Positions 39,689 through 49,809 of a DNA stretch of 56,498 bases are shown piece by piece. The notes beneath the pieces were generated by a model. That model had not been told where the DNA came from and did no database searches. It saw nothing but the letters and a program-made list of their open reading frames with translations. The position numbers and the translations under genes were made by a program. Source of the stretch: Neoconidiobolus thromboides FSU 785 (lineage: Eukaryota > Fungi > Entomophthoromycota); the NCBI GenBank assembly GCA_025603075.1, contig MU626392.1, positions 1 through 56,498 on the forward strand, given 5' to 3'. Each line of letters starts with the position of its first letter. The first letter of the stretch is position 1.

Positions 39689-40300
39689 ATGAAAGTGGTA
39701 TACTTCTGTTATTTTATAGCACTGATATCAAGTAGATTATTATGGGAACAATCTGATATCGAAGGCAATTATTACATAAGTGATAATAAATTAAATGGGC
39801 TATATTTTGGAAAACACGAAGAGTTTATGAACATAGATACTTCCAAGAACACTATTTATTTAGGGCATTGGTATAGATTAGATTTCAATAATTTATTAGT
39901 TGGTTCTAAATATGAGAAGGATCATTCCATTCCATTTAATTTTACAAATAAGGACAGCATCAAATATAACAACATTCCTTACCAGCGTGATAATCAACCT
40001 AGTAATATCATCCTCCTATTTTCTATGCTAGGCTATCACAATTATAAAATAGCAGCTAACAATACAGGGGATAGTAATATAGCAAAATTAAACTTTATGG
40101 AAAACACATTGACTATCTTCTTTAATAATAGTATGCCCCCTTTGAACGGAGCTTGGAATGTTATTTCATTTAATAGCACAATAATTAACGGAATCTTAGT
40201 TAATGAAAAAGACAGTAACTTAAAATATCAATTTCAAATTCAATATAAAGATATGAGTCACATTCTCTTTAATAATTTTTTATTCGACAAAGCAAATTAA
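39689..40300 (+). CDS. Putative secreted protein of unknown function
   Basis: 203-aa ORF with N-terminal hydrophobic signal (MKVVYFCYFIALISS), several N-x-S/T sites and no cysteine in the mature part. Confidence 0.65.
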   Translation: MKVVYFCYFIALISSRLLWEQSDIEGNYYISDNKLNGLYFGKHEEFMNIDTSKNTIYLGHWYRLDFNNLLVGSKYEKDHSIPFNFTNKDSIKYNNIPYQRDNQPSNIILLFSMLGYHNYKIAANNTGDSNIAKLNFMENTLTIFFNNSMPPLNGAWNVISFNSTIINGILVNEKDSNLKYQFQIQYKDMSHILFNNFLFDKAN

Positions 40301-41912
40301 AAGTGTAAACATTAAACATATATTTGTCACATATTTATTCATTTATATTAATAAACTATTATCCTTAATATATATCGTATCTCAACCTTTATGTTACCCT
40401 TCAATAATATCTTATCTTGATTTATCTTCTATTTTAAAATTCTTTCTAATAACTCTTTATGGATTATCATTATTAGATAATTCTATACATAATAATAATT
40501 AAATCAAAGTAGCATGCATCCCTTACAATAGCTTGGAATAAAAATTATATTTATATATATATAAAAATAACTATTGAAAATTTCCACCACTTTTTCCCAA
40601 CTTCCCATTTTACCAGAACTCCAAAACTGTTCCTTAAATTTTACTAAGATCTCTCAAAAAGCATACTATAACATAAGCACATTTAAATGTAAAATGCTAT
40701 TTATTTCATTTTAGCTACTTTTCCCAAATTCCCATTTTACCAAAACTCTAAGCTTTTTTGTGTTTCCCAAAAAAATCCTAAGTCTTTACCCTTAATTTTT
40801 ATTTATTAAAAGATCCGCTTTCTTATTAACCTGTTCTATTTTAAATTTTATAAAAAATGTCACTTACTTGAATAAAATTAGTTAATATATTACTATATTT
40901 AAGCAAATTAACCTTGTTTACTACCACTAATATTTAAGGTACTTTGGGTACTTCAATTAATTGGGGTATTGTAATCTTTACTTTTGCATTTTAATGTGTA
41001 TTAAATTTGAGTGCATCTTAGTTGTGATTTATTATTTTGGGGTACATATTTTTTTATTACCATTTATTTTGAATTTATATATAAAATATATTTGGCATTA
41101 AATATAAAATAGGAACTAATTAAGGGATAATTCTTAATGTCTTAAGCCGTTCTAATGAGCCATATAGCTATTCTCAAAAACATTTATTTACTTTATAAAA
41201 AGCGATTCTAAAAACAGTATCAGTATATAGTATATTATTGTTCATAAAATTATTTGACAGTTTAAAAAATAAAATAAACTTAGGGATAATTTATACCATA
41301 AATTACTGCGAATTCTCTAAAAACGACACCATAAATTTATACGACTTTTTATGGTAAATTCTAGAAAAAAGTTGTCAATTTTATTTGGCTCTATTTTATT
41401 AAATGAGAAGACAAGTATAGAATTGATAGTTTGTAACTTCATCTAAAAAATAATTTCTCTTTAAGTATGACAGTCCTCTTCAATCCTTATTTATCAATTA
41501 TTATAGTGGAACATAACTATTGGGAGAAGTATTGTATTGTTTTTTCTGACCCCGGTTTTATACCCCTTTATACTTTCACAATAAATAATTCGAGGGGTTT
41601 CATTTAATTAAAATCCTTTCACTTTGTTTAACCACCTTTGTTAATAACTTGAATTAAAAACTTTGTTAACTTTAAACAAAAAGAATAATTTAATTAAAAT
41701 GTATACTTACTGCTTTTCGATCTTTATACTAAAGTAACCACTTTCTGTTTATGTCTAGATAATTCCATAACATACGTTTATCCATCTAGTTGCTTTGATA
41801 CAATACTGTTGTTGCTTTTAAATACAATAATTTTTATTTCATAATAATCAAAAACGATGATTTTAAAATAAAAGTATATTCTTTATCCCTTGAACTCAGC
41901 AATGAATTAAAC

Positions 41913-42003
41913 GGGGATATCTTTTTTGTTAAGAGTCCTACTACAAATTTCCACTGAATAGCGTTTAAAAATAGAAAAATGAATGAAACCTAAAAGCATC
42001 CCT
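41913..42003 (+). mobile_element. Degenerate MITE copy
   Basis: GGGGATA...CATCCCT; core CCACTGAATAGCGTTTAAAA; flanks AAAC/AAGT. Confidence 0.75.
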
Positions 42004-43336
42004 AAGTTGTTACATAAATAGAAGATTATAATCTGATGTAAAAATATTTCTGAAAATAGTTACTACATTTGCTTAGAGAAATCTAGGCTAATCTTTTATT
42101 ATTTTACTGAACACTAACTATCAGAATAGAACCATCATACTAATAAACCTTATTTAAAGAGTTATTTTTAATTTGCATGACCAATAATAATACGGAAACA
42201 CAACCATCGTGTTGAAAGAATCCTATCTTTATGACTTTTTAAACTTGAAATTGCTCTTGGCACTGTTCTTGAAGCAAAATATGACCTTAGTTACTAGCTT
42301 TTATTAAATTTTATTAAATAAAGTTGCAATTAACTTCAAAATGACAAAACACATTATTATTTTAACTCTATTTTCAACTTAAAACTACTTTTGTTATTAA
42401 TTAAAATTCAATATACTATCATAGTGGTGTTACTATATTACTTATTCGTTTTATAATATATTGACTAAATACAAATTTAATAGATTAGGTTGTTTATCAA
42501 TTATACTTTTAATAGTATAGTTCAATTTATTAAAGTACAATTTCATAACCAAATTTATTTCTTAATTTTAGTATGAGAATTTTAATTTTTATGTTCTAAA
42601 GAAACGTTTAATGTTGTTGCTATGAAAGTTGATGATTTATATCTATTCAAATCATCTAGTTAACTATATCAAGTATAGTCTCTCATTTTTTAAATAACAT
42701 AAATAACTTTAATATTTATAGTTAAAAAAATTACTTACCACTTAAATGAAATGGAATGTTTTCATTATTTTGATGAAACTTTTCAATGTTTTAAGATTAA
42801 ATCATAATCTGATAGTTTGACAAATATATAACTAATCAAACGATGATTTATTCATTTAAAAAGACAGCCAATGAAAATAGTTCCTAATAGAAGCCTTTTG
42901 AAACAGACCAATCAATGCCAATCTTGGATATTGTTTATTTTTTTCAAATATGATGAAAAGAGGGGAAGGAAATTTATGAAGTCGAAAATATAACTTATTT
43001 TTTTGGCTAAAAGTGAATAACTTTGGTGGAGAAACTAGCAAAAAAGGAAATATCACTGCTAACACAACAGATCTAATAGTAATTAATGAATTGCTAATTC
43101 AGTGGGAAGGATGATTAACGATGACAACAGTTTAGCAATGAATTTAAGCAAAGTAAATAATTTGTTAGAATCATAGCTTTAATCATAATACGCGATAAAA
43201 AAGAATCCAAAAAGTATAAATAGGATGGTTAAAGCACAAATCTAAAAAATATTTTGTAATTTATAACCATATTTAAAGTTCAAAAAAATTTAATAGACTA
43301 TTTAATAACTCAATAATATACACTATAACTAATAAA

Positions 43337-44158
43337 ATGCTACAAAACTCAACTTATACTAATCTCGAGTCATCGCTTCCTCTTAGTTTCAATTCAGCTA
43401 GAAAAATAACCATGAGCTTCAATGTTTCTCAAAGTACTCTTGCTAAGGGACATTTCAATTTTACTTCTAATCAAGCAATTGACTTGCCAAGCTGCGGGAG
43501 TACAACAAAAGATAAACTCTCTTTGAGGTTTGCTCCACTTGGTAGCTCAAACTACGTCCTTTCTAATTCCAAAGGGATTAATCTTGCTTCTATAAGGCAT
43601 CGTATAAAACAATCAAATGGCTTGAGTACCTTTCAAGCTGACTTATCGAACTCATGCAATGTACCATGGACCTTTAAAGGAATTGCTATAGAATCAGATG
43701 AAACTGGCTTACATTTGCCACGTTTGAAAGTTATCAATAGTCATGATGTTACTAACTATTACCGATGGACTGTAAACAGCTCAACCCTGGAAGACCACTT
43801 AAGTTTAGTAAACTTGAATCAACCCAAAGAATTGATAGCGTCCTATCCATTGCCCTCAAGGTCAAGCCAAAGAACATCCGAACTTAACTTTTTTGAAGGC
43901 TCTTCTGATTTAACACACGAAATGTTATTATTGTTTATACTATTTTTATCTGTTACATTGAGTACAAGTTCAGATCCAGATATAAATCCTGGTACACCTT
44001 CCTCTACTCCACCTGGCTCAAATTATAACTCATGTAAAAGCTCTAGCTCAAGCAGATCGAACTCTACTAAATCTATTAAAAGCGTTAATTCGCCTAATAT
44101 CCCAGCTTTGGTTACAAGGAAAAGCTCAGAAGTTTTAATTGGAGACCATCTCTGGTGA
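43337..44158 (+). CDS. Hypothetical protein, possible Tubby-C/LURP-one-like fold with Ser-rich tail
   Basis: 273-aa single-exon ORF; NYYRW motif, LIASY, hydrophobic helix MLLLFILFLSVTL, then a Ser/Pro-rich tail. Confidence 0.7.
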   Translation: MLQNSTYTNLESSLPLSFNSARKITMSFNVSQSTLAKGHFNFTSNQAIDLPSCGSTTKDKLSLRFAPLGSSNYVLSNSKGINLASIRHRIKQSNGLSTFQADLSNSCNVPWTFKGIAIESDETGLHLPRLKVINSHDVTNYYRWTVNSSTLEDHLSLVNLNQPKELIASYPLPSRSSQRTSELNFFEGSSDLTHEMLLLFILFLSVTLSTSSDPDINPGTPSSTPPGSNYNSCKSSSSSRSNSTKSIKSVNSPNIPALVTRKSSEVLIGDHLW

Positions 44159-45721
44159 TGTGTATTACTAATTTTACTTATTATTTTCAGCTTAAAATCA
44201 GTATCATTATTATAATAAAAAGTTTTATTTATGGCATAATTTTAAACATTTTGATTCATAATTTTAAACAGTTTTTAGTAGTATACAAATGCAATTCTAA
44301 AATATTTAATTACTCCAGTCATTTGGTCATTCGATATTGTTTGTATCTTAATATATTAAGTTCTTCATTAAATATATTAATAGTAGTTGATATCATACTT
44401 GATTCTTTAAATTGATGAGCATGAAATCATTAAATGAAGTTGAGAGATTCTGTAGAAAGTACGAGGATGTGTTTTAAGGTTATGAAATCAGAATGTTAAT
44501 ACTCAAAACTCAAAACTCAAAACTCAAATTTTTAAAATTAATTTATTGGGCTAAAAAGTACTAATTAAAAAATCAATTAAATTATCAATTGTATATTTTA
44601 ATGATGTAAACTAATAATATCATATACTAGTAGTACAAAAAACAAGTTAACTTATTACATGTAATGAATATTGTGTATTTAACCCAATATCGATTCTACA
44701 ACTTAAATATATATGAAAATTTCATTTTTTAATCATAACCCATTGATTTCATCTAATAATATTAATTATACAACCTTTATTCGTTAACTTTACTAGTTAA
44801 ATTTAATTTATTTAATAATACTCTAACCATTTATTATTTTATCTTTTAATGAAACCTAATATATTAATATAATGTGTTCTGCTTATTATGAACTATGATT
44901 AATTTAATGGCAACATTAATTGTTTGTCAATTTCATATAAGATTGAAATACAGACAGCTATTTTTATAAACAAAGCTTGAGCTTAATTCAAAATTTGAGC
45001 ATGCAACTTTCTATATTAAGTTGCTATTATTGAAGGATAAATTTAAAAATAAACAGCCGGTTTAAGAAACAACATTATTCCTTTAAAGCCTAAAGTTTGC
45101 CAATAGCTTAATATTGTAATTATCGAATATGTAACGTAATGGGGCTTTAATAACTCCGCTACTGAGTTTTGAACGAATGAATCAATTGTAATTAGGTTAT
45201 TTACTCTACTAATTATCTATAAACTGTTACATAACATTTGTAATGTTATTCGTTTGTGGTAAATTTTCTCAGACTGGCTTAACTTCTACTTTATCAAATT
45301 GATAGTTAAGGTTGATCCGCTATTTCTGCTACTGTTTAAATTTAATTTTTAAAGTTAAAGCAAAATATTATTGGTTTAAAAATAGCAACTAAGCTTTGAA
45401 ACTCAATATTTGGAAAGTGGCATAAAAAAGGACATAGTTTCAAAAGTTTAATTTATTATCAAGCTTCTTATGTTTCATAATAGTTTTTACGTCATGTAGG
45501 TAATAGTTATGTATTTATCCTATTTGAATAGAGATAAAGCTCTGTTTAGTTTACTTTAATCTGTTTTTTATTGTGTTTAGTCAAAGAATATTGTCAATAA
45601 AGTAAATAAAATAAATTTTGATTTTGGGCAGAGTTTAAGGATAGCCCAATATAAATTAAAAATGTGATTAAGCGGAGAACTATAATAATATCAGAAAACA
45701 AATTAGTTTTCATTTATTAAA

Positions 45722-46803
45722 ATGTTAGAAAGATACATACTACCCTTAATATTAATTTTTTCAATCTTTTTAGAAGTAAGAGCACTAAATGTGGAATGTG
45801 TTGAATGCTTACCACAGCTTAGTTTAGATAATTTACAATATTTACAAGGATTATCCATACCATCTCGATTAAAACCAAATGGTAAACTACTGAAACCATT
45901 TTTACGCAAAAGAGTTAGTGGAACGGAGAACAATACAATAGTAAGAGACTTTATTTATTCTGAGTTGGAATCTTTAGATTGGAAAGTGGAACTAGATTCA
46001 TTTGAATCAGATACACCTTATGGTAAAAAAAAATTCAGTAATGTAGTCGCAATAAAGAACCCCACTGCTAGAAAGTCATTGGTATTCGCAGCTCACTTTG
46101 ATTCTAAATACTTTTCGCCACCAAATGACAATTTTGTTGCTGCTACTGATTCGGCTGTCTCTTGTGCTTTACTATTAGATATTGCTTATTCTTTAAATAA
46201 TTTATTGGAAACCAATATGGGAAATGTTACCCTTAAATTGATATTTTTTGATGGAGAAGAAGCATTTAAAGAATGGAGTTCAGAAGATTCTATTTATGGA
46301 GCAAGGTATTTGTTATTTTTTTAAAAAGAAAAAATTAATATTTTAGACATTTAGCAGATAAGTTACATACAACATCATTGTTGAATCGTATTAGAACAGC
46401 TAATCTCGGAGAAAATGAGATTGATTCAATAGAGCTATTTGTATTATTAGATTTATTAGGGTCTGAAGGCACACCTTTAATATCAATTAATAAAGAATCT
46501 GTTCACTTTTTTAATAAATTAATCCAACTAGAATCTAAACTATTCCAATACAAATTAAAACCAAATTCATTAAGACAGAGACAGTTTTTAAATTATCAAT
46601 TTGATTATAAAATCGATGACGATCATAGACCTTTCCAAGAAAAAGGTGTCTCTATATTACATTTAATTCCTGTTCCATTTCCAAAGTTTTGGCATACCTT
46701 AGGAGATAATGAATCGGTTGTTTCATCTAAAATAGTGAATCATTTAGCACTATTGTTTAGAGCTTTTATCGCAGAGTATCTCTGTCTCTTTAATAAAGAA
46801 TAA
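45722..46803 (+). CDS. Glutaminyl-peptide cyclotransferase (peptidase M28 fold), 2 exons
   Basis: Signal peptide; AAHFDSK, ATDSAVSCA, FFDGEEAF, LLDLLG, DDHRPF, WHT..D motifs. A 41-bp intron at 46306-46346 restores YGAR-HLA. Confidence 0.92.
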
Positions 46804-46872
46804 AGTATTAATTTTGAATAGTTAAAAATAGCTAGCATACTTATTTTTGTTTTTATTTCACTAAAATAAAAA

Positions 46873-47328
46873 TTATCCATTTAAATCTACTTTAAATGAA
46901 GTATTTGAGGAAATTTCTTCAACCTCTTTTAACTTGGCCAACTTTACAATCGCTTTACTTTCAGCTTCCAATGCAATAGAGTTGGAAATAAAGTATTGTC
47001 TGTAGTTTGATATTGTGCCTTCAGCTTTTAAGGAATTTAATACTTTAATTATACCTTCGACACTTTTTTTATTATGATCTTGTAATTGGTGGATATAAGC
47101 TTCTTGATCTTGACTAGCTTTAGCGTGTACCTCTTCATCAGTAGGACTTAATTGTATCATTATAGGAATCATCTGTGGCATTTTACGTGAATTGGATTGT
47201 TCCATCATTTCTCTTACTTTAGGATTTATTTTTGAACTATAGTCGTTCATTTTAAATGGTTTAGGAAAAGAGCAGTTAACAATACAAAACAATAATGAAA
47301 TGTATATTACAAATATTATTCTTTTCAT
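46873..47328 (-). CDS. Secreted stand-alone subtilase-propeptide-like protein (putative I9-type inhibitor/chaperone)
   Basis: Signal peptide plus a region colinear with the propeptide of the S8 protease at 21420-22895 (IQLSP/IQLTP; YFISNSIALEA/YYISNTIAIKA; EISSNTSFK/EISTNRKFK). No catalytic domain; only 69 bp separate it from the next gene's stop. Confidence 0.75.
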   Translation of the reverse strand: MKRIIFVIYISLLFCIVNCSFPKPFKMNDYSSKINPKVREMMEQSNSRKMPQMIPIMIQLSPTDEEVHAKASQDQEAYIHQLQDHNKKSVEGIIKVLNSLKAEGTISNYRQYFISNSIALEAESKAIVKLAKLKEVEEISSNTSFKVDLNG

Positions 47329-47773
47329 TTTATTTAATAAAATACTGAAAAGTATTTTGTTTTAAAGTTTGGCTTTTGTTACTCTACTAAACATGTTTAT
47401 CACTTGATTATAAATAATTGGGCATGTTTTTTGTTCAAAATTTCCGAGGGGTTTCCAGCTCATTTTGTAATTAATTCGTTTGGACTTTGTCGTTTTAAAC
47501 TTTGAGGATTTTGCTCTCTACTTAACAAACTTTCATTGTATTTTGGTATTTAACTAATTGACTAAAAATAAAAATCAGAGTTATAATGAATTAAAAAGAA
47601 CTTATAAAATTAATTTTTGGATACTAAAATAAAAAAACTATTAAAGTCAGGATTTCAAAGCATTATTGTAAAAGCTAATAGTTTGTTTGTTAAATAATAT
47701 TAGACATTTTATTATTATTTATCTCACTTAATATTTTTACATGCTTTTTTTCTATTTTACCAATTTAATACTT

Positions 47774-47872
47774 GGGGATGTTTTTTTTGACTTCATTACT
47801 TTTTCCATTTTTTAAGCGCTATTTGAGTGGAGAAGCTATTAATAAAATTCGTAAACACAAAAATACATCCTC
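47774..47872 (-). mobile_element. MITE copy, flanks ACTT/ATTT
   Basis: GGGGATG...CATCCTC termini; one TSD mismatch. Confidence 0.88.
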
Positions 47873-47890
47873 ATTTATTAATTAGCATAT

Positions 47891-47986
47891 AGGGGTGTTT
47901 TTTTTTGGCTTCATTATTTTTCCATTTTTTAAGCGCTATTTGAGTGGAAAAATTATTAGCAAAGTTCGTAAACACAATATATCCCC
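47891..47986 (-). mobile_element. MITE copy, TSD ATAT/ATAT
   Basis: AGGGGTG...TATCCCC; the right ATAT is shared with the next copy. Confidence 0.88.
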
Positions 47987-47990
47987 ATAT

Positions 47991-48086
47991 GGAGTGTTTT
48001 TGATTCTGTCTTTTTTTTTCGCTTTTTAAGTACAATTTGAGAGGAAAAACTATTAGTAAAATTATCAGATAAAGATATATACCCAC
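47991..48086 (-). mobile_element. Degenerate MITE copy abutting the previous copy's TSD
   Basis: GGAGTG...TACCCAC; similar internal layout with many substitutions. Confidence 0.7.
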
Positions 48087-48145
48087 ATTAAGTTTTTTGT
48101 TGCAATTTTTTTTTAATAACTTTAATTTAAGTATTTCTAACATCT

Positions 48146-48244
48146 GAGGATGTATTTTTGTGTTTACGAATTTCACTAACAAATTTTCCATTTAAAGAGC
48201 GCTTAAAAAATGGAAAAAGTAATGAAGCCAAAAAAAACACCCTT
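48146..48244 (+). mobile_element. MITE copy, TSD ATCT/ATCT
   Basis: GAGGATG...CACCCTT termini; identical 4-bp flanks. Confidence 0.9.
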
Positions 48245-48663
48245 ATCTACTAGTATAGTTATTTAACTTTCAGTTTAATATTACTAAAAGGGATATAAAG
48301 TAATTTTTAAATATATAAAATATTATTTTCGATTCCTCTATTTTTATCTGTTCAATAGAGTTTTGATATAATAAGTAAATGATTCGAAACTTAATGTATA
48401 TTTGTATTATAAGTCATCTTAATTTGTTTAGTAGTGTTAGCTACCAAGTTATATAACGAATAGCAAAAAAAAGGATAAGCTCCAAAAAAAAGTAGATTGC
48501 TTTCAAAATTTGATTTTGTTCAACCAATAAAACTAAAGGATCTAAACAGCTGTCAAAGTTCGATTTTAAGCTCAAACTTTTATAGAAAACTAATTTCAAA
48601 AAACCAATTTTAAGCTAACTTGATAATTTTTGATGAAAATTTAATATAATATTGAAAAGAAAT

Positions 48664-48759
48664 GGAAATGTTTTTTTGTGTTTAAGAACTTTACTAGCAA
48701 TCTTTCCACTCAAATAGCGCTTAAAAAATGGAAAAATAATGAAACCAAAAAACATCCCC
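48664..48759 (+). mobile_element. MITE copy, TSD AAAT/AAAT
   Basis: GGAAATG...CATCCCC termini; intact core. Confidence 0.9.
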
Positions 48760-49809
48760 AAATAATAATAAAAGAGTGAAAGTCTTAAGGTTTTAAATAT
48801 ATATAATATATTGGTTTAACATTTATTTTCCATTTATTTTTCATGTTTTTACATTCTTGTTCACTAAAAATTTTGCTAATTTTTTTATAAAGTAAACTTT
48901 GAAAGTAGTAGTCCAATTTTGGGAGCTTCTTCAATTTTTTTACTATTCATTTTAAAAAGAGAAAAAATACAGAAATATATTATTTATTCCTATTTTTATC
49001 CATGTTTAAGATGTAGAATTTAAAGAAACATGTTAGTTGAATATCTAAGTAAAAACGAGATCCCCATAAACGAACATTTTTGTTTGTAAGTATGTTTAAA
49101 CCGATGCTTTTTTGCCATTTCTTAGAAATTTTGAATCTCGTGACAGAATTTCTTGAATGAAATAAAACTCTTCCGACTATTTTAGTTGGCAATTTTAAAC
49201 CTATTCTAAAAAAAGGCTTTGGCTTCAATCGTGACTCAATTTTTAACCGATAATTTTCGATCATTTTGAAGCTGTTCCATCTCTCTTTCAATCTCTCTAG
49301 CTATTTATTTAGGTGTAAAACTCATGCTAAAATTTGGTTAAAATAGAATACTTAGGCTAGATAAAAAATCAGTTATATAATTATTGGTTAAAAACTATCG
49401 CTAAATAGTTCAAAAACAAAATGAAATGACTGTAAAAGAAGAGTGGAACTTTTAAAAATAAACTTAATTTCAATGCCTTTGAGTGTTTAGAAGCCATATT
49501 GAATCTAATAGTTGATGCTTTTAAATATAAAACTACTGAAAACTGTGGTAGTTTTTACTTAAATAGAATTATTATCAATGTTTAATAGCGAAAGTGTGAC
49601 TATTAGTACGCAGTAAGAAGGTAGAATCTAATTCTTCAATTGACGAATAGTCGAGTTATTTATTAAATATCAATACTGACCTGAAGCCAATGTATGAACT
49701 TTCCAACATCAGTTTATGATTTATTACCAAAATAAAAATAGTAAATAACTCAGAGCAAAAAGTATATAAAGCTCTTAAAATTAGATGAGGAAAAATAAAA
49801 ACAATAAAA

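Noticed and set aside
40588-40752. ~30-bp imperfect direct repeat (TTTTCCCAAMTTCCCATTTTACCARAACT), ~130 bp apart
   Set aside because: Only two short copies with no TSD or coding context; insufficient to call an element.
47871-48191. 106-aa minus-strand ORF (also 52070-52285)
   Set aside because: Chance reading through stacked MITE copies.
48980-49291. 103-aa minus-strand ORF; plus-strand PTILVGNF resembling a LINE endonuclease GDFN motif
   Set aside because: Single weak motif flanked by stops; no other APE or RT motifs.
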